A DNA stretch of 64,000 nt from Syntrophaceae bacterium (GTDB taxonomy: Bacteria; Desulfobacterota; Syntrophia; Syntrophales; Smithellaceae). The stretch lies in NCBI GenBank assembly GCA_003142535.1, contig PLMQ01000068.1, positions 95,000 through 158,999 of the forward strand. Direction: 5' to 3'. How positions within the stretch are numbered: the first letter of the stretch is position 1; every line of letters begins with the position of its first letter. The position numbers were made by a program, and so were the translations under genes. A model generated the notes under the pieces. It had not been told where the DNA came from. It did no database searches and saw nothing but the letters and a program-made list of their open reading frames with translations. Below are positions 40,441 to 49,197 of the stretch, piece after piece.

Positions 40441-41463
40441 ATGGAAAAACGGTTGATCAAGAAAGATGCGCTGGTGGGTATTGCCAAAAAGATGGCGGAG
40501 GAATTGACGGTTTGGGCTCCGGTGAAAAAAGAAGATAACGTGCTTTTCACGCCGCTCACCAAGGATGCGGAGCCTTTTTTCGCATATCTGAATTCCAAAA
40601 ACGCGCCCAAGCAGGTATTCTTTCCGCATACGGAAACGCTCATGAAATACACCCGCACACCAAAGGGAATGGTTTTTTCGGCGGAAGAAAATAAGGCGGG
40701 AAAAACGGTTCTTTTCGGCGTCCGTCCCTGTGACGCGCACAGCTTTGTTCTGCTGGATATGCTTTTTGATCAGGAAAAGTATAAGGATCAATACTACATC
40801 ACCAAAAGAAACAATACCACAGTCATTACTCTGGCCTGTGCCGAGCCTCCTTATGCTACCTGTTTTTGTACATCGGTTGATGGCGAGCCCGTTTCGGCAG
40901 ATGGAGCGGATATAGTTCTGACAGATATCGGTAGTGAATATCTGGCGGAATTTATTACACCCAAAGGTGAAAAACTGGCCAAATATTTTGGCGAGACTAA
41001 AGCCGATGCCGTGGCCGAAACAAAGAAAAAGGAAATTGCCGAAAAAGCAAAGAAAGCAATCAAATCCAAAATACCGGCACATGAAGTAAAACCGATTCTG
41101 GATAATAACTTTGAGCATCCCTTCTGGGCGACAATCCACGGCAAATGCCTCGCCTGCGGCACTTGCACCTATATGTGCCCGACCTGCCATTGCTTTGATA
41201 TCAGCGATGAAGCTAAAGCAAGCGACGGCGTGCGGATTCGTTCTTGGGATTCCTGCATGTTTCCGCTTTTCACCAAGGAAACGTCGGGCCACAATCCGCG
41301 GATATCGCAAAAAGAAAGATGGCGCCAGCGCGTCATGCACAAATTCAAGTATTATGTGGATAATTTCAATGCCATCGCCTGCGTAGGTTGCGGCCGCTGT
41401 GTCATGTCCTGTCCCGTTAATATAGATATTAGAAAAATTATTGAAGATATTTCAAAATTATAA
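40441..41463 (+). CDS. 4Fe-4S subunit, FlxB / sulfhydrogenase-beta / AsrA-like
   Basis: 340 aa. Motifs: CLACGTCTYMCPTCHCFD and CVGCGRCVMSCP. Paralog of 52456..53505. Confidence 0.65.
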   Translation: MEKRLIKKDALVGIAKKMAEELTVWAPVKKEDNVLFTPLTKDAEPFFAYLNSKNAPKQVFFPHTETLMKYTRTPKGMVFSAEENKAGKTVLFGVRPCDAHSFVLLDMLFDQEKYKDQYYITKRNNTTVITLACAEPPYATCFCTSVDGEPVSADGADIVLTDIGSEYLAEFITPKGEKLAKYFGETKADAVAETKKKEIAEKAKKAIKSKIPAHEVKPILDNNFEHPFWATIHGKCLACGTCTYMCPTCHCFDISDEAKASDGVRIRSWDSCMFPLFTKETSGHNPRISQKERWRQRVMHKFKYYVDNFNAIACVGCGRCVMSCPVNIDIRKIIEDISKL

Positions 41464-42317
41464 TGATGGAGTCAGTAATGCAAAATCCTTATATACCGTA
41501 TCCCGTTGAGGTCACCAAAATAATCACGGAAGTAGACACGAAAGATATCAAGACTTTCCGTTTAAAATTCGTAAATCCGGAAGACGAAGAAAAATTCAAG
41601 TATATTCCCGGCCAGTTCGGCGAGCTTTCCATTTACGGCAAGGGTGAATCTCCAATCGGTATAGCGTCATCACCCACTCAGAGGGGCTATATTGAATTTA
41701 CAGTACAGAAAGCCGGCGTTGTGACATCCGCTTTGCACGAAATGGAAGAAGGAACCCTGATGGGTGTCCGCGGCCCGATGGGCAATTCCTGGCCGATTAA
41801 GTTTCTGGAAGGAAAGAATATTGTCATTGTCGGCGGCGGTTTTGCTTTTACGACTTTGCGTTCTTTGATCAACTACATGATTCATGAGAATAACCGCAAG
41901 CGCTTCGGCAAAATAACCGTAATTTACGGTGCCAGAAATCCCGGTTTGCTGATTTATAAAGACGAACTTATCGAATGGCAAAAAAGAGACGACCTGAACA
42001 TAAATGTCACCGTGGATAAAGGTGATGCAACGTGGAAGGGTAGGGAAGGTTTTGTTCCGACAGTTTGCAAGGAAGTTGCACCGAGTGCGGAAAATGCAGT
42101 TACAGTTATCTGTGGCCCGCCGATCATGATTCGCTTTACACTGCCGGTCTTTTTTGATTTGGGCTTCAAGAAAGAAAACATCATCACTTCGCTGGAAATG
42201 CGCATGAAGTGCGGCATCGGCAAATGCGGCCGCTGCAACGTCGGCAGTAAGTATGTCTGCAAAGATGGACCGGTGTTTTCGCTGGCGGAGCTTGATAAAC
42301 TAACCAAAGAATACTAA
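41463..42317 (+). CDS. FAD/NAD(P)-binding oxidoreductase with C-terminal 2Fe-2S site, FlxA / sulfhydrogenase-gamma / AsrB-like
   Basis: 284 aa with a TAATG overlap onto the upstream gene. Motifs: PGQFGELS, VGGGFAFTTLRSL, CGIGKCGRCNVG. Paralog of 53688..54551. Confidence 0.75.
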   Translation: MMESVMQNPYIPYPVEVTKIITEVDTKDIKTFRLKFVNPEDEEKFKYIPGQFGELSIYGKGESPIGIASSPTQRGYIEFTVQKAGVVTSALHEMEEGTLMGVRGPMGNSWPIKFLEGKNIVIVGGGFAFTTLRSLINYMIHENNRKRFGKITVIYGARNPGLLIYKDELIEWQKRDDLNINVTVDKGDATWKGREGFVPTVCKEVAPSAENAVTVICGPPIMIRFTLPVFFDLGFKKENIITSLEMRMKCGIGKCGRCNVGSKYVCKDGPVFSLAELDKLTKEY

Positions 42318-42415
42318 TACCATTCCGCTTGTAATTGCCTTTGTAAGCGGCAATTACCGGCAAGGAAAGAGTTTTATTTATCGATGCGCTCCCTATGGGA
42401 TGCGCACCCGGTCAT

Positions 42416-42519
42416 CGGCTAACTTTATTGGCTGCGTCGTCGGCATCCTCAACGTATTGTAACATACGTCTGCGGTGCCTCCTTCTGGCCGCCTCGTTAT
42501 CCTTTGAAATCGAAATGGT
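42416..42519. repeat. Dispersed ~105-nt repeat (family B2), copy 2
   Basis: It aligns with 3756-3860 and contains a perfect hairpin ACGTATtgtaacATACGT. Confidence 0.75.
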
Positions 42520-42570
42520 ATTTAAATCGTAAGAAATACCCTATCGTTCAATTACTACAAAAAAGAATCA

Positions 42571-42762
42571 TTAAGTCCGGTTTCTTTCTTTCAAAACCCA
42601 GATCGCCAGAAGGGCTAAGACCAGAGCGGCAAGGGCACTGGGCCAGACGGGAATATCAAATCCTGCCGCAACTATCTTTACCCCCAAAATAAAGCGGCAT
42701 AATTGAGCGACAGCCAAGAAAATAAAGAAAATACCTGCTACTAATGATGCGGGTCGTTTCAT
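42571..42762 (-). CDS. Small two-TM membrane protein
   Basis: I place the start at ATG 42762 (MKRPASLVAGIFFIF...) with an AGGAGG RBS 6 nt upstream. The longer ORF start at 42816 lies inside repeat family C. Confidence 0.5.
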   Translation of the reverse strand: MKRPASLVAGIFFIFLAVAQLCRFILGVKIVAAGFDIPVWPSALAALVLALLAIWVLKERNRT

Positions 42763-42811
42763 AATGAACCTCCTGAAAAGATATTTACTGCTGTTATAAT
42801 TTTCCTCATTT

Positions 42812-42875
42812 GTCATTGCCGGACTTGACTTGTGCCCTTTAGGGTATTAGGTGATCAGGTTATCCGGCAATCCAG
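42812..42875. repeat. Palindromic repeat family C, partial/divergent copy
   Basis: The sequence is GTCATTGCCGGAC...TGTGCCCTTTAGGGTA...ATCCGGCAATCCAG. It shares the TGTGCCCTTTAGGGTA core with 53513-53628. Confidence 0.6.
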
Positions 42876-42889
42876 GAAACAAATAGAAC

Positions 42890-43240
42890 TTATCTTCCGG
42901 GGACGACAATGCGGGATGATTCCTGCCGCTGCATTTCCTTGGCCTCGGCAATCATCTGCTGAACCGCTTTTTCAATAGCCGCCGGTAATTTTTCCGCTGC
43001 CTCACTGAGATTCTTTGCCCCTTCGATTATGCACTGTAGAGGAATTGCTCCATTGGGGGTCATAAGCTGGGTTATTCCCGCATAAATGGCCTCCCGGCTC
43101 TCGTCAACCGAGCAGTCAACCTTGATGGGTGTAAGGCGCCGGATTGTGGCAGAAGAAAGATCCGTAAACGACTCTTCCCTGTAAAGATTATTGGGATTTA
43201 TTTTGATATCAGTTATTTTAGTTTCATTAGCGCCGCTCAT
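42890..43240 (-). CDS. Conserved-looking cytoplasmic hypothetical protein
   Basis: 116-aa ORF with coding-like composition. I recognise no motif. Confidence 0.45.
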   Translation of the reverse strand: MSGANETKITDIKINPNNLYREESFTDLSSATIRRLTPIKVDCSVDESREAIYAGITQLMTPNGAIPLQCIIEGAKNLSEAAEKLPAAIEKAVQQMIAEAKEMQRQESSRIVVPGR

Positions 43241-43443
43241 TGTTTGCTCCTTTATACGGAATGAATTCTTAACCTAAATACACTGGAAAGTTTGTCTGGT
43301 CAAATAATTAGTTTATGGGTTATTTTTTTAGTGGCAAATGTTAAGGATAAAGATTCGACCCCGATTGTTTCCGCGTAAGAGGCAAGGTCTGCCGCGTTAC
43401 CAGTAATGGTGTAATAAAATACGCTTTGGCCTGAAAGTATTGA

Positions 43444-43680
43444 TTACAATAATGTCTTGTCAATATTACCCGGGCCGCCGCATTCCGGCGTGTAGCAGGA
43501 AACGTTTCTGAATTCACATTTTCGAAAGCAGGATGGACATTGTTCCGGAATGTCTTCAGCTTTCAGAATGTAGCCGCATTCCCTGCATTTCCAGAACGTC
43601 TGCCCGCAGGAAGGACATTTGTCCTCGTCAAAAGCCGTTTCGGATTTGTACCCGCAGATTGCACATTCTTTAACAGCCAT
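43444..43680 (-). CDS. Rubredoxin-like / zinc-ribbon protein
   Basis: I place the start at ATG 43680 (AAGGAG RBS 8 nt upstream). Four CxxC pairs are present: CAICG, CPSCG, CRECG, CPSC. Confidence 0.6.
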   Translation of the reverse strand: MAVKECAICGYKSETAFDEDKCPSCGQTFWKCRECGYILKAEDIPEQCPSCFRKCEFRNVSCYTPECGGPGNIDKTLL

Positions 43681-43766
43681 ATCAAGGTCTCCTTTACATT
43701 CGTCATTCTGCCATTTAGGGTAAGTCAAGCAATTTTAATTGTCGGAAAGCCGCTTCTGGTAAGGCT

Positions 43767-43807
43767 TTCCGAAGACTAACAAATTAAATACAGCCATCCC
43801 GGATATT
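43767..43807. repeat. 41-nt direct repeat, copy 1 (pairs with 45507-45547)
   Basis: Copy 1 reads TTCCGAAGACTAACAAATTAAATACAGCCATCCCGGATATT. Copy 2 reads TTCCGAAGACTAATAAATTAATTAGAATTGTCCCCGATATT. About 34 of 41 positions are identical. Confidence 0.65.
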
Positions 43808-43822
43808 TTTCGAAAGAATAAT

Positions 43823-45247
43823 TTACTCCTGTTTTATTTTTCTGATTGCCGGGGGATTCCATCTTCCATCAAGCGCTTCTGCTTTGGGCGAATACAAGCG
43901 CATAGTGACTGCAAAGCGGCCCTGCGCGGGCGCTGGAAGCCAGTTCGATTCCTTGTCGGCTCCCGGCGATTCGTTCTGCAGGTAAATATCCAGCGAACCA
44001 TCGGCGTTGAATTTCAAATTATTGTAATTGCCGATAGCGAAACGGTCGAGCGGGTTTCCAACCTGGAACCTCTCCGCATCATACATGGTTATCGACCAAA
44101 AGGCTTCTACAGGCGGCAGTTCATCCTTAGTAAAATGCATAACATACTTGCTCACTCCCTCCAGCGGCTTGCCGTCAGCGTCGGCTGCACTATTCGGGTA
44201 GATGGCATCTTCCGGCTGGTTCGCCCCCAGTCCGCCCATAGCGATAATAGCGCGTTTGAGGTAGCTGTTGCCATACACACCCATCGTGTCGGTGCTCATC
44301 TGCCAGCCGTTGACGACCCGTTCAAGCGTAAGCCCTTTCTGCTTCATTAACTTGAGCCCATCCGCAACGGCGCGCTCAAGCCCTGCCTTGACTTCGGGAG
44401 GCGTTTTATTAATATCGAAGCTTTTGCCGGGTTCGATGCCAATGCGCTTCAGACGTTCAATCTGAGACCAGTCGGTAATGTGCGGAGGAGTCACTTTCAT
44501 CAGTTCGGCTGCATAGCTGAAGTACCTGGCGGCCGGCATGGTGTTTACCTGCATAAGCGGCGGCGTTTTCATATCAACATTAGGATTGGCAATGAACTTG
44601 GCCGGCTGGGCTTTCTTGCCCCATTGGGATAGCGGCGTAACCTTATAGCCGGCCTGAATCTTGTGCACTGCCTCATAATCACCGGTACCGTTAGTTTGAG
44701 TCCGACCGATGATCCAGACATAGGAAGTGGGCGACTCGATACGCTCAATCCCTTTGGGCAGTTTACCTCTCCATCCCGGACGCACCACTGCAAAACTGGC
44801 TGCCTTTGTTCCACTGGTTCTCTTTCCGGGGGCAGCAAAGACATCCGTCCACATGTCCAGCATCTCCAGCAGGTAATAGCGTCCGTTGGTATCAGGAGCG
44901 GAAATAATCATAGGCTCCGAGGTCAGATCAAGCCATGCCGATGAATAGAGTGCATCGAAACAGGGACTAACTACAGTGTGAAATTTTGCCGGTGGAAAGG
45001 TCGGGGCATTGATGAAAGTATTAATCGGCCCAAATCCTGGTTTTGCTCCCGCCGGCAAATTGGTTATTACCTGCCGCGTTATGTCCATAGAGATGAGTGG
45101 ATAGAAATAATAGTAAGCCTCAATACCAATCTCGTATGCCTCTTTCTCCGTAATCTCCGTCGCTGATAGGTTGCCCGGAGTTGTTATAATCAACAATAAT
45201 GACGACAATGTTACGGCAAGAGCAATAATTTTGTCTTTCACCTTCAT
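43823..45247 (-). CDS. DUF1254/DUF1214 domain-containing exported protein
   Basis: 474 aa with a signal peptide. N-terminal pattern EAYYYFYPLISMD; C-terminal pattern FWSITMYD...DGSLDIYLQ...NWLPAP...RLYSPK. Confidence 0.75.
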   Translation of the reverse strand: MKVKDKIIALAVTLSSLLLIITTPGNLSATEITEKEAYEIGIEAYYYFYPLISMDITRQVITNLPAGAKPGFGPINTFINAPTFPPAKFHTVVSPCFDALYSSAWLDLTSEPMIISAPDTNGRYYLLEMLDMWTDVFAAPGKRTSGTKAASFAVVRPGWRGKLPKGIERIESPTSYVWIIGRTQTNGTGDYEAVHKIQAGYKVTPLSQWGKKAQPAKFIANPNVDMKTPPLMQVNTMPAARYFSYAAELMKVTPPHITDWSQIERLKRIGIEPGKSFDINKTPPEVKAGLERAVADGLKLMKQKGLTLERVVNGWQMSTDTMGVYGNSYLKRAIIAMGGLGANQPEDAIYPNSAADADGKPLEGVSKYVMHFTKDELPPVEAFWSITMYDAERFQVGNPLDRFAIGNYNNLKFNADGSLDIYLQNESPGADKESNWLPAPAQGRFAVTMRLYSPKAEALDGRWNPPAIRKIKQE

Positions 45248-45277
45248 AAATTACACCTCCCATTATTGATATTTATT

Positions 45278-45461
45278 GTGAAACTCCAATTTCGCGAACG
45301 AAGCGAAGCGAAATTGGCAAGTTGTAATGAGACCCAAACTTCAGAAACAAAGTGCGCTGAAGTTTGCAGGTCGAATTATCCTAGGCAAAGCCTAGGGAAC
45401 AATCCCACGTAGCGGAGGGTATAATACCCCGCAGCTTGCTTTGGGGTTCATACCCGTGGTT
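45278..45461 (+). repeat. Modular multi-hairpin repeat (family A), full-length copy
   Basis: Layout: GTGAAAC-TCCAATTTCGC..GCGAAATTGG-CAA-GTTGTAATGAGAC-CCAAACTTCAG..CTGAAGTTTG-CAG-GTCGAATTATC-CTAGGCaaaGCCTAGG-GAACAATCCC..GCGG-AG-GGTATAATACCCC..CTTTGGGGTTCATACCC-GTGGTT. Confidence 0.85.
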
Positions 45462-45506
45462 GAAAAATATTGGTTGAAACGCCGCAGCGCCATATCTGAT
45501 AATGCA

Positions 45507-45547
45507 TTCCGAAGACTAATAAATTAATTAGAATTGTCCCCGATATT
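45507..45547. repeat. 41-nt direct repeat, copy 2
   Basis: See 43767-43807. It lies immediately 3' of the DUF4276 gene stop. Confidence 0.65.
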
Positions 45548-45553
45548 CCTCTT

Positions 45554-46120
45554 CTAAAAATGTGTTTCTATAAAATTACGAAAAGGAACAAAAGACGGGC
45601 AACGCTTCGTTACCTTTTCGATCGAAAGTTTCTTGGCAATTTTTTCGTTGTGTTTAGTATTCATGTAAATTCTTTCACCTTTAGAGCAGATGCGTATCAA
45701 TTCGCCAAGATGTTCTTTGGGCGAGTTAATTGTTTCGGGAAATCCTTTAATATTGGGTTTCTGATTCAGATTCATTGCGCTTTTTATAGCATCTGGATCA
45801 CTTAGAAGCCAAGCTTCAAATTCTTGTACTGGTATACAGATTAAATAATTTGCGATAGCACACGGATCTAAAGCTGCCTGGATCTTTATATGTAACTCAT
45901 TGAGAATATGTGAATCGCGATCGTGAATAACAACCAAAGCAGAGCATCCCTTCTGCTTTAGTTGATTTGCCCACGCATTGCATTTACGCTTGATTTTCCC
46001 ACATCCTTTACCAACAAATTTTTTTATTCCTATTTGTTCATTATTTGCAATCCTATGGATTAATACCTTGGCGGATTCCACATCAGAATCATCCTCGGCG
46101 ATTATTCCTATCTTACTCAT
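45554..46120 (-). CDS. DUF4276-like (TOPRIM-like) protein, partner of the upstream ABC ATPase
   Basis: I place the start at ATG 46120 (MSKIGIIAEDDSDVES...) with a GGGAGG RBS. It overlaps the ATPase stop by 8 nt (ATGAGTAA). Acidic motifs occur in TOPRIM order: IIAEDDSD, VVIHDRD, PVQEFEAWLL. The family name is from memory. Confidence 0.7.
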   Translation of the reverse strand: MSKIGIIAEDDSDVESAKVLIHRIANNEQIGIKKFVGKGCGKIKRKCNAWANQLKQKGCSALVVIHDRDSHILNELHIKIQAALDPCAIANYLICIPVQEFEAWLLSDPDAIKSAMNLNQKPNIKGFPETINSPKEHLGELIRICSKGERIYMNTKHNEKIAKKLSIEKVTKRCPSFVPFRNFIETHF

Positions 46121-47357
46121 TATCAAGGCCTCCCTCTCTCCAGTATTCGCCAAGATTTCCTGATTCCTCAAGATATCCGCGCAGCACTTTGTAATCATTC
46201 TTACTCATAGATTTGCTCAATTGTGTTGCTATTGTGCCTTTATTGGGCTGACGTTTAACTAAAACAAGATTTTCTGGATCCAAATGATCAAGAACGAAAT
46301 CGGAGTGCGTACTAATTACAATCTGTTTCTGTTTTGATTGAGACTTGATTAAAGAAATAATGCTACTTAACAAGCCATGATGAATACATACTTCTGGTTC
46401 TTCAATCAGCAATAATTTACTTTCGTCTGTTAAAATATAAAAAAGCAATGCTAATGTTTTAAAAGTACCTTCAGAAAGTTGATTTGGTGACAACTGGCTA
46501 CCATCAACAGAAAAGCTTGGAACAATAAGCTGTCTATTTCTTTCAATCTTCGTTATTTTACCGCCTGATTGAACATTATAGGAACTTGACGGCATGTTAA
46601 CTTCATTAAATGAAATGTCATCAATAAGTCCTATCCCCTCCTTATTAACAGTGCTTAGATAACGTTTATACTGTTTATCTTTTGCTTTATAAGACTTATA
46701 CAAATCTAAGATAAATTGGTCATGGCCTGCAAAAGAACGAGGCCTTCTCAACGGTCTATTTTCTTCTAGTTCTATAGATACTGGACTTCTTGATGGATCT
46801 GAAAATTGGCTTGCGCTGTAATAACTTATTCCATTAAAGAAGAGGGCTATGTCAGTTAGAATTTGATGCTCATTATCTGACAACAATGGTCTCGATCTTC
46901 GTTTAAGATAAAACCATCTTTCTCGCATGATTCTTCTATAATCTGAGTCAGATTGATCTCCCACATATTTAAATTGTTCATGATATGTGATAAATTCTAT
47001 TGGAATATTTATCCATTTTGATTTTTCAGGAAATTTCCATTTAACATTTGAGAATTGGACATCATCATTATTTCGTTCATCAGTTTCAAAATAAATTATC
47101 CCATCCATAAATATCGATTTTGTTGAATCCACAAGCTCTGCTCTAATTTTACAATGATTATATGAAGCTTCATCCATGTGGTGCGGGAGAGAAGAAGATC
47201 TAGCGCGCCAAATTTTTCGCAGAAGTAGAATAGCGTTTAATATATTGCTTTTACCAGCGCCATTTATACCTATGAGACCAGTCAATTCATTTTGTAATGG
47301 AAAGACAGTTTTAATGCATGAACGATAAGTTTGAATTTTTAGAGATTTAAGTTTCAT
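46113..47357 (-). CDS. ABC-type (AAA_21/AAA_15, OLD/RecF-like) ATPase
   Basis: 414 aa with an AAGGAG RBS. Walker A is GINGAGKSN. An ~250-aa insert is followed by an ABC-signature-like LSEGTFKTLAL, a Walker B LLLIEEPE and an H-loop VISTHS. Confidence 0.85.
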   Translation of the reverse strand: MKLKSLKIQTYRSCIKTVFPLQNELTGLIGINGAGKSNILNAILLLRKIWRARSSSLPHHMDEASYNHCKIRAELVDSTKSIFMDGIIYFETDERNNDDVQFSNVKWKFPEKSKWINIPIEFITYHEQFKYVGDQSDSDYRRIMRERWFYLKRRSRPLLSDNEHQILTDIALFFNGISYYSASQFSDPSRSPVSIELEENRPLRRPRSFAGHDQFILDLYKSYKAKDKQYKRYLSTVNKEGIGLIDDISFNEVNMPSSSYNVQSGGKITKIERNRQLIVPSFSVDGSQLSPNQLSEGTFKTLALLFYILTDESKLLLIEEPEVCIHHGLLSSIISLIKSQSKQKQIVISTHSDFVLDHLDPENLVLVKRQPNKGTIATQLSKSMSKNDYKVLRGYLEESGNLGEYWREGGLDNE

Positions 47358-47787
47358 TAATATTCTCCTTGCTAAGTATACTGTCGATTTATCGGGATAA
47401 TTTTATTTCCAATTATCACTAAATATTACATCACTAATGTTCATATTTTATTTCTTTTCAGTGGCTCACACCTAATACGATGGACTAAGTTGTCAAAAAT
47501 AATACAACTTCTTAGAAACATTGCAAGAAAAACTTAACATTACGATATTTTAGCTTTTTTTGCTTTTTTTAACGAAATCCGGCGACTTGCCCGGAATATC
47601 CGGCATTCGCCGGATGAATTACACTTATTAATACCGGCATCTGCTTAAGCACGCCGGTGATTTTTGAGGTAATTCAATTTGAATTTGCGATTTTAGCTTT
47701 CATGTGTTAGTAAACTGCGCGTTAATCAGATGGCATAAATCCATTAAAAAATCAGTTTATGTTCATCAGGAAGTACAGGAGAAACAA

Positions 47788-48963
47788 ATGTCTATTGCAA
47801 CACCATTTCTGGAAATGTCCCAGGCGATTGTTGATGCCGGCGGCGAGGCGCTGAAAAAATGTTATCAGTGCGGCACCTGCACGGGCACCTGTCCCTGGAC
47901 ACCAATCACCCATTTCAATATCCGCATGCTGGTCAGGATGAGCCAGCTTGGCCTCGAAGGCATCGAAGATAATATGTGGGGCTGTTCCACTTGTAAATTT
48001 TGTGTGGACAGATGCCCCCGGGGCGTGGAAATCATTGATCTGGTGCGGGCTATAAGAAGTGTATATAGCATGGGCGGTATGTTGCCGCAGAGCCTGCGGG
48101 CGTTTGTCGGTAGCATGTCGGCACGGGGCAATCCATGGTCGGGCGATCAGGAAAAAAGAAACGATTGGGCAAAAGGAAAATATCCGCTTTATACAGCCGA
48201 TAAAGAATATCTCAACTGGACATGCTGCACTTCTGCGTTCGATCCCCGCAATGTTCATGTAGCCAAAGCAACGGCGGCGCTGCTGGATGCTGCGGGTTTA
48301 AGCTGGGGGCTGCCGAGTACGGCGGTCAACTGCTGTGGCGAAAGTCTTAGTAAAGTTGGCGATAGTGAGCTCTTTGAAAGGCTCAAGACCAATAATCTGC
48401 AATTCTTTGATAATAACGAAGTTAAAAAGATGATCGTCGCTTCGCCGCACTGTCTGGATACTTTTACCAAGCAATACGGGCGCGACTATAAAGTTATCCA
48501 TTTAAGCGAGCTCTTGGCCGATTTGATTAAAGCCGGAAAGCTGACGCCGAAGAAAGATTTAGGCGGAATAAAAGTTACCTATCATGATCCCTGCTATCTG
48601 GGACGGCACAACCAGGTTTACGATGCACCGCGCGAAGTCCTGCAAGCCATACCGGGAATTGATTTTATCGAGATGGGCAGAAACAGAGAGCAGAGCATGT
48701 GTTGCGGCGGTGGCGGTGGCGGACTATGGATGGAAAAGATGAAAGGCGAACGCCTGAGCGATCTGCGTATTGAAGAAGCGCTCGCGACCGGTGCGACAGT
48801 GTTGGCAACGGCTTGCCCGTATTGCATAACGATGTTTGAAGACAGCGTTCGCACATTGAATGCCGAAGATAAAATTAAGATTAAGGATGTGGCGGAGCTG
48901 TTGCTGGAAAGCTTGGATATTAATGTGGCCGAGCCGGTTGCTGATGTTTGTACCACCAGTTAA
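47788..48963 (+). CDS. HdrD-like Fe-S/CCG-domain protein (fused HdrC+HdrB-type)
   Basis: I place the start at ATG 47788 (AGGAG RBS); the ORF is open from 47704. Motifs: CYQCGTCTGTCP, CSTCKFCVDRCP, then two CCG domains (VNCCGES, SMCCGGGGG, TACPYC). Confidence 0.8.
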   Translation: MSIATPFLEMSQAIVDAGGEALKKCYQCGTCTGTCPWTPITHFNIRMLVRMSQLGLEGIEDNMWGCSTCKFCVDRCPRGVEIIDLVRAIRSVYSMGGMLPQSLRAFVGSMSARGNPWSGDQEKRNDWAKGKYPLYTADKEYLNWTCCTSAFDPRNVHVAKATAALLDAAGLSWGLPSTAVNCCGESLSKVGDSELFERLKTNNLQFFDNNEVKKMIVASPHCLDTFTKQYGRDYKVIHLSELLADLIKAGKLTPKKDLGGIKVTYHDPCYLGRHNQVYDAPREVLQAIPGIDFIEMGRNREQSMCCGGGGGGLWMEKMKGERLSDLRIEEALATGATVLATACPYCITMFEDSVRTLNAEDKIKIKDVAELLLESLDINVAEPVADVCTTS

Positions 48964-48978
48964 AATGAAAAAATATTC

Positions 48979-49100
48979 TCTCCCCCTTTTTTAAAGGGGG
49001 ATCAAGGGGGATTTTGTGGTGGTTGTGATTTCAGAGGCTTTATTTGACGCTTTGCCAAAATAAAGCCTCCCCTAACCCCTCTTTATAAAAGAGGGGAATC
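48979..49100. repeat. G/C-tract hairpin repeat cluster (family D)
   Basis: Three hairpins are visible: TCCCCCTTTtttAAAGGGGGA, AGGCTTTATTT..AAATAAAGCCT and CCCCTCTTTataaAAGAGGGG. Confidence 0.6.
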
Positions 49101-49197
49101 ATGAGGCGGGGACGTTACTAATGGTTAGGGCTAGAGCATTGACTCTTTAGATAGATTTTGATAAAAAAGTAAAAGCAATTTTTAGGGAGAAAGTTTA

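Noticed and set aside
40429-41340. Long antisense ORFs inside well-supported genes. Examples are 40429..41340 (303 aa), 17014..17763 (249 aa), 7451..8062, 28225..28737, 47752..48258, 49597..50118, 52735..53334 and 59149..59682.
   Set aside because: These are shadow ORFs opposite strongly supported CDSs. Their composition is low-complexity or Arg/Ser/Phe-rich and they have no motifs.
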